From Bryobacterales bacterium (GTDB lineage: Bacteria; Acidobacteriota; Terriglobia; Bryobacterales; UBA6623): a stretch of DNA of 64,000 nucleotides. The notes under the pieces are model-generated. The model was not told the origin of the DNA and did no database searches. It was given only the letters and a program-made list of their open reading frames with translations. How positions within the stretch are numbered: the stretch's first letter is position 1; every line of letters begins with the position of its first letter. The stretch lies in NCBI GenBank assembly GCA_965248365.1, contig CBDFJA010000003.1, forward strand, positions 171,557 through 235,556, written 5' to 3'. Of this stretch, positions 37,504-47,758 are shown one piece after another. Made by a program: the position numbers and the translations under genes.

Positions 37504-38270
37504 CCTGAAACTTCAACTGCTTCAACTGCAACGGTTGCGTGAGCCGGGATGAGTTGGAAACCCATCTGGTGAGCGATAGACCGGATGGAGATCAGGCGCC
37601 GGCGAAAGCGCTGCTCATAAGCCCGCCTGCCCTCATCGATGTAGTCTTGCCCGTAGCGCAGCATGCGATAAATGTGGACGGCCAGTTTTCGTGCGGTGGC
37701 GAACACCGCCGTGGAGGCGCCTTTGCGTCGGGCGATTCTTCGGAACGAGGCTCCCAGAGCCGCGGCCGACTTGCTCAGGGAAAGCGTCGCCATGCGCAGC
37801 GCACCCGCGATCCGAGTCGCCCCTGTGCCTTTGTTTTTCTTGGGCACGGGCTTGCCCGCGGAGAAGGAGGTTTTCGGACTCAGCCGCAACCCGGAAACGA
37901 TGTGCCTCTCGGTGGGGAAAGCTTGCAAATCCAAACCCACCTCGCCGAGAATCACTTGCGCCACACCGGCGCTAATGCCGTCAATGCGGGTGAGATAGAC
38001 TCCGGCAAGACGCCGTAAAGCCGTCCGCAACGCCGTGCCCCCCTCGTCGCTTCATGGCCTTCTCCTTGGCGGGATTCGGATCAGGCGGAGGCTCCAAATC
38101 GGCGCGCTCGGGCCCCGGCAGCTTTTCCAACAAACCAAGGATCCGTTGGTCGTAGGCGGCCACGATGTCCTCGACTTGCTCGTCAAGTCGCAGTGCCATT
38201 TTCAAGTTGAACCGGTGATCCTCACGCCAGTTGCCGGTCAAGTGCTCGGCGGCTGAGGTCCGGGCGTGGA
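37500..38270 (-). pseudogene. IS110-family transposase remnant (C-terminal two thirds, frameshifted, N-terminus missing)
   Basis: LTRIDGISAGVAQVILGEVG.DLQAFPTERHIVSGLRLSPK...KKNKGTGATRIAGALRMA...ARKLAVHIYRMLRYG is a Transposase_20-type C-terminus. The upstream frame holds HLTGNWREDHRFNLKMALRLDEQVE. Confidence 0.7.
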
Positions 38271-38349
38271 CTGATTTCTCTCGTCGAAAGCTGCTGGCCC
38301 GAGGGACACGCGGCGTACCGCTTCCTCCCCCTTTGTTATCGTATCTTCC

Positions 38350-40044
38350 ATGCGGGATCCGAATCGACTGCGAAGTCATAACTGGTTTGCCGGCCACGAG
38401 TATGAGCACGTTTTCCGTCGAGCTTGGCTGCGCTCGGAGGGCTTCGGGCCCGAGATTTTCGAGGGCAAGCCGATCATCGGGATCTGTAACTCCTGGAGCG
38501 AGTTGACCAACTGCAACGCTCACCTGCGCCAGCTCGCCGAAGCCGTCAAGCGGGGCGTGTGGGCCGCCGGGGGCGTGCCGCTTGAATTCCCGACGATTTC
38601 ACTCGGCGAGCCCTTTATGAGTCCCACCACCATGCTCTTCCGCAATCTGATGTCGATGGACGTCGAGGAGTCGATCGTCGCCAACCCGATGGACGCCGTC
38701 GTGCTGCTCAGTGGTTGCGATAAGACCATTCCGGCTCAGTTGATGGGCGCGGCCAGCGCCGACGTGCCCGCCATCATGGTCACCGGAGGCCCGATGCTGG
38801 CCGGGCGATGGGGGCAGCGTGCACTGGGGTCCGGCACCGATGGCCGCAAGCTTCACGAAGAGTTTCGCGCCGGGCGCATCACCGAAGAACAGTGGTGCGA
38901 AGTGGAAAGCTGCATCTCCCGCAGCGCGGGCCACTGCACGGTGATGGGGACGGCTTCCACGATGGCCGCTGTCGCCGAGGCGCTGGGCATGACCCTGCCC
39001 GGGTGCGCGGCCATCCCGGCCGTCGATTCCCGCCGCTATCAGATCGCCGAAGCCAGCGGACGCCATGTTGTCCAAATGGCTTGGGAGGACCTGCGCCCTT
39101 CGAAGATCCTGACCCGGGAAGCGTTTGAAAACGCCACGCGCGCGGATATGGCCGTTGGCGGTTCAACGAATGCCGTGGTTCATCTTATCGCCATCGCCGG
39201 GCGGGCCGGCGTCGATCTTCGACTGTCTGATTTCGACCGCCTCTCCCGCGAGACCCCTTGCATCGCCAACGTCAAGCCCTCCGGTGAATACCTGATGGAG
39301 GATTTTTTCTACGCCGGCGGACTGCCCGTCGTGATTAAGGAAATCCTTCCTCTGCTTCATCAGGACGCTCCAACCGTGAACGGCAAGACCATCGAGGAAA
39401 ACGCGCGAGGAGCGCGCTGCATGAACCCCGAAGTGATCCGCACTCTCGACAAACCGCTCCATGCCGAAGGGGGCACGGTCATCCTATACGGCAACCTGGC
39501 GCCCGACGGAGCCGTGCTCAAGCAAACGGCCGCTTCCCCTCATCTGCTCAAACACCGCGGGCGCGCCGTAGTCTTCGAGCGTTACGAGCAACTGCGAGCG
39601 CGCGTCAACGATGAAGATCTCGACGTTGACGAAAACTCCGTTCTCGTCTTGAAGAATGCCGGCCCGAAGGGTGGTCCCGGTTTTCCCGAGTGGGGACACC
39701 TGCCGATTCCCACCAAGCTGCTCAAGCGAGGCGTGGAAGATATTGTCCGCATCAGCGACGCCCGGATGAGCGGGACCAGTTTCGGCACGGATGTTCTGCA
39801 TGTCTCTCCCGAGGCAGCGGTGGGCGGTCCATTGGCCGCGGTCCAGACGGGGGATGAGATCGAGCTCGATGTCCCCGGTCGCAAGATCGAGCTCCGCGTT
39901 GAGGAGAACGAAATCCAGCGCCGACTAGCCGACTACCGCCCGCCCGAGCACGCCTACAATCGCGGCTATCGCAAGCTCTTTCTCGAACACGTCACGCAGG
40001 CTCACGAAGGCTGCGATTTCGGATTCCTGCGGTCGGTGGAGTAG
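38350..40044 (+). CDS. IlvD/Edd-family dehydratase (sugar-acid/dihydroxy-acid dehydratase type)
   Basis: 564 aa with GKPIIGICNSWSELTNCNAHL, LLSGCDKTIP, AGHCTVMGTASTM and ISDARMSGTS. The substrate cannot be assigned from sequence alone. Confidence 0.85.
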   Translation: MRDPNRLRSHNWFAGHEYEHVFRRAWLRSEGFGPEIFEGKPIIGICNSWSELTNCNAHLRQLAEAVKRGVWAAGGVPLEFPTISLGEPFMSPTTMLFRNLMSMDVEESIVANPMDAVVLLSGCDKTIPAQLMGAASADVPAIMVTGGPMLAGRWGQRALGSGTDGRKLHEEFRAGRITEEQWCEVESCISRSAGHCTVMGTASTMAAVAEALGMTLPGCAAIPAVDSRRYQIAEASGRHVVQMAWEDLRPSKILTREAFENATRADMAVGGSTNAVVHLIAIAGRAGVDLRLSDFDRLSRETPCIANVKPSGEYLMEDFFYAGGLPVVIKEILPLLHQDAPTVNGKTIEENARGARCMNPEVIRTLDKPLHAEGGTVILYGNLAPDGAVLKQTAASPHLLKHRGRAVVFERYEQLRARVNDEDLDVDENSVLVLKNAGPKGGPGFPEWGHLPIPTKLLKRGVEDIVRISDARMSGTSFGTDVLHVSPEAAVGGPLAAVQTGDEIELDVPGRKIELRVEENEIQRRLADYRPPEHAYNRGYRKLFLEHVTQAHEGCDFGFLRSVE

Positions 40045-40239
40045 TAGCCGCTATCTCAATATATGCCAACGGAACGCAATAGCGCGGACAGGCGAGTGGG
40101 AACTGTGCACGCCGCAAGCCCCTGGTGGTTGGGTGGGCCGATAGGTAAAGCCTTCGCCGTCAGGGAGATTTGGCCAGATCGGGGCCGGACGGGCGTCTCA
40201 GCCCGCATTTTCAATTTGATGTATGACCTCCCGACCTTC

Positions 40240-41720
40240 CAGCACCCTTCAGCGTCTTTATTGATAGGGGTTCAAGCCTAATCAGGACGCCAGGGAGGTC
40301 AACACCCGATGGGTGAAAAAGAGAGAAAGCCGTTCCCGCTAACTTTCAACGGATTATTGAAGGTCGATTTCCATGGATCGCGCGTCACTTCCGACGGTGG
40401 CTTAATCCTGGTTCGGGAGTTGGACGAGCGGCTCGGTCTCGGGACGCTGATCGATGAGCATCTTAACGACTCGCGAGAAGGCTTGAACAAGAAGTTCCCT
40501 CTGGCTGATCTGTTGCGGCAGTCGGTCTACAGCCGCTTGGCGGGCTACGAGGACCTCAACGACGCCGCGCGGGTGTCGGCCGATCCGACCTTTCGCTTGA
40601 TCGGCTCGGAGAAGAACTGGAATCGCGGCGCGGCCTTGACCTCGACCTTGCATGGATTCGAGACGGGAACGCTGACGAGCGAAGACAACTTGCTGGGGCT
40701 GATGGCGTTGAACCGGGAGCTGGTCGGGCGAGCCGCAGCCGGCGACGAATCCGAGCGCGTCGTACTGGACATGGATTCGACCGAAAGCCCCGTCCATGGG
40801 CAACAGGAAGGGAGCGCTTACAACGGCCATTTCGAGGCGGTCTGCTACCACCCGCTGTTGTTGTTCAACCAGCACGGCGACTGTCTGGCGGCGAAGCTGC
40901 ACTCAGGGAATGTCCACAGCGCCGAGGACTGGGATGAACTATTGCTGCCGGAGATCGAACGACAGCAGGCCGAAGGCAGGCAGGTCGCTTTGCGGGGCGA
41001 TGCGGCCTTTGCCAAGCCGGAGATTTATGAGGCTGCGGAGGAACGCGGAGTGCAGTACGCCATCCGCATTCCAGCCAACAAGAGCCTGGAGTTGGAGATC
41101 GAAGACATTCTGTTTCGTCCGCCGGGAAGGCCAAGCCGGAAACCCTTGGTGCGCTACAAGAGCTTCCGCTATCAGGCCGCGAGTTGGAGCAACCCGCGGC
41201 GCATCGTAGCGAAGGTTGAGCACCACCCGGGCGAACTGTTCCCGCTTGGAATCGGTTTCATCGTCACCAACCTGACTCTGCCGAGCCGCTCGGTGGTGCG
41301 ATTCTACAACCAACGGGGGACGGCCGAGCAGTGGATCAAAGAAGGCAAGCAGGCGACGCATTGGACAAGGCTGTCGTGCCATCGCTTCCGGGCGAACGAA
41401 GTGCGCTTGCAGTTGAGTGTGCTGGCCTACAACCTGGGTAATCTGTGGCGACGGCTGGTACTGCCGCGGCGAATCAAGAGCTGGTCGCTGACGAGCTTAC
41501 AGCAGCGGTTAGTGAAGACGGGCGGTCGATTGATCAAGCACGCGAGGTACTATTGGTTGCTGCTAGCCGAAGGGCATCTGAATCGGCGGCTGTTCGGCAG
41601 TATGCTGCGGAGGATCTGGGCCTTACCGCTGCCGAGTGGGTAGGACGGTCCGTGACCGGTGCGAAACTATGGTTCTGAGAGATTACTGTCGGAGGGGTGT
41701 GCGACAAATCGACTGAGCAG
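40240..41720 (+). mobile_element. IS1380-family element (boundaries approximate)
   Basis: Contains the IS1380-type transposase gene. I could not define the IRs or target duplication confidently. Confidence 0.6.
40309..41643 (+). CDS. IS1380-family DDE transposase (444 aa)
   Basis: ...FHGSRVTSDGGLILVRELDERLGL...LLRQSVYSRLAGYEDLNDA...VLDMDSTESPVHGQQEGSAYNGHF...YHPLLLFNQHGD...RGDAAFA...RGTAEQWIKEGK. Confidence 0.85.
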   Translation: MGEKERKPFPLTFNGLLKVDFHGSRVTSDGGLILVRELDERLGLGTLIDEHLNDSREGLNKKFPLADLLRQSVYSRLAGYEDLNDAARVSADPTFRLIGSEKNWNRGAALTSTLHGFETGTLTSEDNLLGLMALNRELVGRAAAGDESERVVLDMDSTESPVHGQQEGSAYNGHFEAVCYHPLLLFNQHGDCLAAKLHSGNVHSAEDWDELLLPEIERQQAEGRQVALRGDAAFAKPEIYEAAEERGVQYAIRIPANKSLELEIEDILFRPPGRPSRKPLVRYKSFRYQAASWSNPRRIVAKVEHHPGELFPLGIGFIVTNLTLPSRSVVRFYNQRGTAEQWIKEGKQATHWTRLSCHRFRANEVRLQLSVLAYNLGNLWRRLVLPRRIKSWSLTSLQQRLVKTGGRLIKHARYYWLLLAEGHLNRRLFGSMLRRIWALPLPSG

Positions 41721-42197
41721 CAGCGAGACAGCCTTGTCGGACAGCTAAAACAGGCTGTCGGAACGCTTCGCCCCCCCGCGACTGCCGTCGGGCAAAAATT
41801 TCTTCCGTTCCGGGGAGCAGGTCTTGTATCCTGTGTGAGCCGGATGTCCAAATCGGAAATTCCGCTTCAAGTTCGTTAGCATCCACCCCAAACGTAAGAG
41901 AGGTGGCGGCGGCAATGCCTGAGCGTTGCCTGATCCCCGCCATAGCAGAACCAGTGCCAAGCGCCAATCCGGCGACCGTTGATGCTCTTCTCCAACGCGC
42001 CAAGAAGCGCTGGTCTGAAGAACTGGCCGAACGCGGCTCGGCCCCGTAGCTGAGAACTACCGAATGGGTGAATCAAAAACAACCCCGAGGGTCCGCTTTT
42101 CGATTGGCGATCTTGTTCAACATGAATTATTCCATCTCAGTGGCCGAGAAGGGGACTTCCCTAGGCACTAGCCGGCGATATCGGGCTAAGCGTCTTC

Positions 42198-42471
42198 GAT
42201 CTGTTACGCGCGGCAGAGGGAGCGTCTGGAAGCGCACCTGGAGCTGCTGCGCTGCTATTACAACTTCGTGAGGCCACACCGGGCGCCGAAATTCGGACGG
42301 GAAGTCAGGACACCGGCTATTCAGGCTGGTCTGGCTAAGCGGCGGCTCACGTTCCGGGAGATCTTCTCGTTGACGATCATCCTTTTGGTATGGAAGAAGG
42401 TCACATGCGTGTTCGTCCGCTCTGCCAGATGGGTCATTGCCGACGATAGGCAAATGCAACGGGCGGCGTAG
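42198..42471 (+). pseudogene. C-terminal remnant of a transposase (IS1/IS1595-like tail)
   Basis: ...RERLEAHLELLRCYYNFVRPHRAPKFGREVRTPAIQAGLAKRRLTFREIF. An upstream in-frame stop shows that only the tail remains. Confidence 0.4.
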
Positions 42472-42614
42472 CAACACTCGATGACGGAAGCACCGAACCT
42501 GGCAGAAGTGCGAAAACCGTTGCATCGCAGCCGGTGGGCGGGTATCCTATGCGTGCCAGGACGGTCAAAAAGGAAATCCTGGTTTACTCGGCCCTGCGAG
42601 TGGCTATACAAAAT

Positions 42615-42682
42615 CTCCCAAAATGAATTCCCCTATGACCCCAACCAATTGATTCTATTCGACTTTTAACCGGACAGCAGTG
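42615..42682 (+). mobile_element. IS4-family right-end remnant (about 68 bp, copy-F-like variant)
   Basis: ctcccaaaatgaattcccctatgaccccaaccaattgattctattcgacttttaaccggacagcagtg matches the last 68 bp of copy F. Confidence 0.8.
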
Positions 42683-42831
42683 ATACAAAATAAGAAGCGG
42701 CTAGGACATTCTTCGCCAAGCCCGAAATCTACGAGGCGCTGGAAGGGCGTCACGTTCCGTACGCGCTGCAGCCGCACTTCGTTCGCCCGGACTTGATGAC
42801 ACGACAATCGCGTCCAGTAGAGGAGTAATCC

Positions 42832-44754
42832 ATGTTAGGCAACATGACTGCTCGTACCACTGTCCTGTGTATCGGGGTCACTCTACTTTTTTGTGTTAAC
42901 TCCAACGCTGACAGTGATAAGGCCGGTTCAATCGTCTTCACGGACGATTTCAACGGTGGCAGGAAGCAGGCCTGGAAGGTCATTCGCGGCGCCTGGGGCG
43001 ACGTCGGCGGCATGCTCCGGGCCACTGCCATCAACAACGGTGCCACCCGTTCAGACCGCCCCACCCTTGCAATCACCCTCGCCGGCGTTCCCGGCCCCGC
43101 CGTCACCCTCGGTGATAACCCGATGGACATCACGACGATCGTTGTGTCCACCCTCAGTCTCGCGGACTGCACGGTCGACGTCGATTCGACGCCCTTCATT
43201 CCTACTCCGGAGGGGCAGGAGATCATCCCGTGGCCCTCGCGCGGCACGACGAAGCTCTGGACCAGTACCGGCTCGTTCAATCAAGCGGTGCTGCGGTTCA
43301 CGGATGAGCACAACTACATCTTGGCGGGATACCACCCCGGCGACGGTGGAGCCCTGTTCATCTATGAAGTGGTCAACGACGTCTTTCATCGACATGCCCT
43401 CAAGCCCACTCTGCGTTTCTACAAGGCGGGGCCGCTGCACCTGACGGCGACGGCGTCGGGCCCGACCGTGACGGTGACGGTCACAGACGGTCTCGGGAAC
43501 ACCGACACTATTTCGGGCGAGGTGACGACACTGCTGGGCCCCGGTAACGTCGGGCTCTTTCATGATGACGGGCCCGGAGGCCTGCCCCCCACGTCTAACT
43601 ACGACAACTTCGTGGTGCGCGCGCCGGGGCGGAGGGCTGCAACCCCGCTCGACGGGTTCTTCGCCAGGGGCGCGTTTTTCATCAACGAGAGGGACTCGCT
43701 GGTGAGTAAGTCACGCATCGACGACCCCGCGGCGGCCCATGATTACTACGACCGGGCGATGCGCGGTCTCGCCGAACGCGGTTTCAATTTGGCGATCGTC
43801 TACTGGACGCCCTTCGACCACCGGGAGATGGTGCTGGAGGGCGCGCGGAAGCACGGCCTAAAGGTGGTCCTTCACCTGCCGGAGGTCGCCTCTCTGATCA
43901 GGTCGGGCGAGCAGGTGAACACGTTCGACTTCGCCGGGCATGTCACGAGGCCGCTGCGTGGCCATCCCGCCCTCGCGGGCTACTACATCTTCGACGAGGC
44001 CCCGCTGGAACCGGGCGCGATCGTGCGGGCCGAGCTCGTCAGGCTGGCGCTCGAGGTGGCGGACCCGGACCACCCCAGCCTCGGCTATCCGACGAATTCC
44101 GCTGGCACGTCCGAGGACCTCTTGCGCGGCGTTGAGCTGCCGCTGCTGCTGTGGGATGCCTATCCCCTGGTGTCCGACTGGTCCGGGGGCTTCTCGGACT
44201 ATATCGCACGGCTGGAGCGCGGCCGGCGGAATGCCGGCGACCGCCCGCTCTGGATAGCTCCGCAGGCCTTCGGGAAGCCGAACGCCTGGAAGACGCCGGC
44301 ACCCGAGGAGATTCACGCCCAGGTGTGGCTCGCGCTCGCACACGGCGCGAAGGGGCTTGTGCACTTCATCTACCAATCCACGACCGGTCTCAAGGGCGAC
44401 GGCATACTGGGACTGGTAGACATGGATCTGAAGCCGATCGACGAGAGGCTGGATGAGCTCGAGCGGCTCAACGCCGCCCTCGACCGGCTGTCTCCCACGT
44501 TGCTCTCTCTACGTCCGGCGGAGGCCGCCCCCCCCGTTGTCCCAGGCTCCGTAGTCGCCCGGGCGTTCTCAGGCGCTGACGAAGCGCGCTACGTCATAGT
44601 GGCGAACACGGATGTAGAGAACCTGATCACGTTTGCGTGGACCGGGCCAGCCGCGACCGATGTCCTGACCGGAAGGGAGATCGGTGCGGAGATCGAGCTT
44701 GCCGCCGGTGATGGAAAGCTACTGGAACTGTTCGGGTCCACGTCTCGCGAATAG
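42832..44754 (+). CDS. Secreted protein with LamG/concanavalin-like N-terminal domains and a TIM-barrel glycoside-hydrolase-like C-terminal domain (putative)
   Basis: Signal peptide; DDFNGG...W...G.W pattern; NYDNFVV; then GFNLAIVYWTPFD...GLKVVLHL...HPALAGYYIFDEAP. The family assignment is tentative. Confidence 0.45.
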   Translation: MLGNMTARTTVLCIGVTLLFCVNSNADSDKAGSIVFTDDFNGGRKQAWKVIRGAWGDVGGMLRATAINNGATRSDRPTLAITLAGVPGPAVTLGDNPMDITTIVVSTLSLADCTVDVDSTPFIPTPEGQEIIPWPSRGTTKLWTSTGSFNQAVLRFTDEHNYILAGYHPGDGGALFIYEVVNDVFHRHALKPTLRFYKAGPLHLTATASGPTVTVTVTDGLGNTDTISGEVTTLLGPGNVGLFHDDGPGGLPPTSNYDNFVVRAPGRRAATPLDGFFARGAFFINERDSLVSKSRIDDPAAAHDYYDRAMRGLAERGFNLAIVYWTPFDHREMVLEGARKHGLKVVLHLPEVASLIRSGEQVNTFDFAGHVTRPLRGHPALAGYYIFDEAPLEPGAIVRAELVRLALEVADPDHPSLGYPTNSAGTSEDLLRGVELPLLLWDAYPLVSDWSGGFSDYIARLERGRRNAGDRPLWIAPQAFGKPNAWKTPAPEEIHAQVWLALAHGAKGLVHFIYQSTTGLKGDGILGLVDMDLKPIDERLDELERLNAALDRLSPTLLSLRPAEAAPPVVPGSVVARAFSGADEARYVIVANTDVENLITFAWTGPAATDVLTGREIGAEIELAAGDGKLLELFGSTSRE

Positions 44755-45132
44755 AACAGCGGCGGCTGGGCATGGTGAGGTCATATAGGCATCCTCGACG
44801 TAAGTCTACGTGGTCGTGATGCTTGGTTCAACGACCTCCTAGCATCGTGAGGTGTGCTCAGAGAGAGGAATTGGTAGCACTCTTCTTCTCCGGGAGGTGA
44901 ACTGACCCTTTAGAAGCGATCCGCGGATCAGCTGTAGGAAAGGGGTCGTGCGCCTTCCAAAACACCGGCCTGGATCCTCCCTAGTCGGCATCTGTTGATC
45001 CAGCCGCCTGGATGAAGACTTCGCCCGTCAGGCCCGATTGACCCAAGCCGAGACGCAGGAGGACTCCGAGCGAGTCCTTCAGGCGACGTCGGATCGGCAT
45101 CCGGACTCGTTCACACCTTCCTGTTCCGGCGT

Positions 45133-45487
45133 CTACATCAGTCGATAGCCCAACAGCGGCGTGTCGATCGACTCGTGGAGGAAGTCGTAGATCTCGTAGG
45201 GATGAGTCCCTTTACCGGTGATGCGATGCCGCAGAAAGTCTCCGAAATGCAGTAAGGGGTTTCCTCGCTCGTCGATGTCGGCGTCGAGCAGAAAACGATC
45301 CTGGCCGTTCTCCTTCGCAAAAGCTACGGTGAGCTGCAGCACGCCAATCGGCTCGCGCGTCTTGACGCTGTGCATGTTGGCCGTACTGACAGAGAACTGC
45401 GGCGGGAAGTTCTTCTTGTGACCAGCTAGGTTTCCGCGCTCCGCGCCGTAGCGGCTGTCTTCACTACCGTTCTGCTCTTCCAAGATC
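45133..45487 (-). pseudogene. C-terminal fragment of an unknown protein truncated by IS3-A C3
   Basis: The open frame ends at a stop at 45133 and runs upstream into the IS3-A left end at 45488. No family recognised. Confidence 0.3.
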
Positions 45488-46727
45488 TGACCTTGCCCCC
45501 TAAAACGAGTCCAAGTTGAATGTTAGGATTTTCGGTTTTAGGAAGGAGGCAAGAGATGGCAGGGAAGCGATTTAGTGCAGAACAGATCATCATCAAGTTG
45601 CGTGAGGCAGAGGTGGGTCTAGCTCAAGGACAGACGGTGGGCCAGGTGTGCAAACAGATTGGGGTGACCGAGCAGACCTACTACCGGTGGCGCAAGGAGT
45701 ACGGAGGGCTTCGACTGAATCAGGCCAAGCGGTTGAAGGTGTTGGAGAAGGAGAATGCCCGGTTGAAGAAGCTAGTGGCAGATCTGTCTTTGGACAAGCA
45801 GATCCTAAAGGAAGTTTCCTCGGGAAACTTCTAGGCCCGACGAAGAGGAGACGCGCAGTGGTGTGGGTGAGGGAGAGATTGGGAGCAGAGCGCGTCTCCG
45901 AACGTCGGGCCTGCCAAGTGCTGGGACAGGCTCGATCGACCCAGCGAAGGGAAAGGCATATCCCCGATGAGGAGGCTCGATTGGTGGCTGAGATGGTGGA
46001 GTTGGTCACGCACTACGGGCGATACGGCTACCGACGGATCACGGCCATGCTTCGTTGGGAAGGGTGGAAAGTGAATCACAAGCGGGTGGAGAGGTTGTGG
46101 AGACAGGAGGGGCTGAAAGTCCCGTCCAGACAGCCGAAACGAAGGAGACTGTGGCTTCATGATGGATCCTGCGTTCGGTTACGAGCGGCTCACAAGGATC
46201 ACGTCTGGAGCTATGACTTCGTGCATGAGCGAACCCATGACGGAAGGGCCTTTCGATTATTAACCCTACTGGATGAATACACCCGGGAGTGTCTGGCCAT
46301 TGAGGTCCAACGACAGATGAATCACCAGGACGTGTTGGATCGATTGGCGGAGTTGTTCGTGGATCGGGGAGTGCCTGAATACATTCGGTCCGATAACGGG
46401 TCAGAGTTTACGGCTCAGGCGGTTCGGGACTGGCTGAAGGCTGTTGGGGTGAGGACCTTATACATCGAGCCCGGCAGCCCCTGGGAGAATGGATATGTGG
46501 AGAGCTTCAACGGAAAACTGCGGGATGAACTGCTGAACGTAGAAGTCTTCGACACGTTGTGGGAGGCGAAGGTGTTGGCCGAGAGATGGCGCAGGGAGTA
46601 CAACCAGCGACGGCCTCACAGCGCCTTGGCCTATCGGCCCGCCGGCGCCGGAGGCCAGATTACCCAGGTCCCAGGACCAGAGTTCTATACCATGGAGTGG
46701 ACTTCAAATGGTCCCAGGTCTAACTTA
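45488..46727 (+). mobile_element. IS3-A copy C3, lacking its last 30 bp because of an IS630 insertion
   Basis: Complete left IR, orfA at 45556-45834, slippery site and orfB. Carries a 1-bp insertion (ctatcggcCcgccgg) shared only with C4. Ends at the TA used by IS630 E4. Confidence 0.88.
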
Positions 46728-47758
46728 TTGAATCTCGCATAATATCGAGTTAGTCAAGGCCAAGAGAAGACTGCTTCCAGAAGGCCGTAATCAAGCGCGG
46801 TTTGCGGCGCATGCGACGCAGGGATTTGCGGGCACGCTCGTCCAGCTCCCAGTAGTCCTTCGGACAGACGTTCGGCAACTCGTGCTGCTTCCAGTAAGCC
46901 CAAATGTATTCCACCGGGTTCAGCTCCGGTGCATAGGGCGGCAAGCACTCCGTGGCGATGTGGCCTTCGGAGAGCTCGATGAACTCCCGCACCAGGCGGC
47001 TGCGGTGCGCCGGCGGGCGGTCCCAGACGATCAGCAGCGGGCCGTCGATGTGGCGGACCAAAGCCTTCAGGAAGTCGATGACCTCCAGCTCGCCGATGGC
47101 GCCGGGATAGAGCCGGAAGTAGAAGTTGCGCAAGGTCAGCCCGGCGGAAACGGAAAGTTTCTGCCAGTTGAAGTTGAACTCCAGCACGGGTGTCTCGCCG
47201 CGGGGCGCCCAGGTGCGGCAACGATGGGGCTTCTGACTCAGTCCGCTTTCGTCGATGAAGACGATTGTGCGGCCTTGTTTTTGGGCTTTTTTTAGTGGCC
47301 GGCCAAGTCTTGCGCCGCCAGTTGCGGATGGCTTCTTCGTTGCGCTCGCGGGCCTTGCCGACAGGCCGTTGCGGGCTCCAGTGGAGCGCCCGCAGGATCT
47401 TCCAAACATGACCTTCGTGATAGCGCACGCCGAACTCGTCGGCGATCAGACGAGCGACTCGCGGACAAGTCCACAGCGGCGTCGAGAAGCCCTGCGCTTC
47501 GGGGCCCCGCAGCAGCATTGCCTCCAGACGTTCCCGTTGCGTGGCGTCTAACAGCGGCTTGCGGCCGGCGCGCCCGGCCCGGCGGAGTCCGGCGGCACCG
47601 TACGCGCCATGCTCGCTAACCCAACGGCTCACGCTTTGCTGCGCCGCCTTCACGCGCCGTGCTGCCTCGGACTGACTCAAACCTTCGTCAACGACCAGCC
47701 GCACGGCCTCCAGCCGTCGCTTTTCCAGAGCATCAAAATCGCGCCTTACGCCTCTTGG
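46728..47758 (-). mobile_element. IS630-family copy E4, truncated at its 5' end by IS3-A C4
   Basis: Its right-hand terminus TTGAATCTCGCATAAT abuts the TA at 46726-46727 inside the IS3-A C3 right end. The T-run is only 7 long (47287-47293). The other end is cut at ...cgcctcttgg by the C4 IR. Confidence 0.85.

Noticed and set aside
40262-40290. GGGGTTCAAGCC upstream of the IS1380 transposase as a tRNA T-arm (a tRNA gene or tRNA-derived target)
   Set aside because: The flanking bases do not form a T-stem or acceptor stem, and there is no anticodon arm upstream.
45485-45487. The ATC left of IS3-A C3 and the ATC right of IS3-A C2 (35500-35502) as a separated target duplication, which would be evidence for C2/C3 recombination
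   Set aside because: Joining the two flanks puts a stop codon 11 codons upstream in the cNMP-domain frame, and the flanks belong to genes on opposite strands. A 3-bp match is expected by chance.
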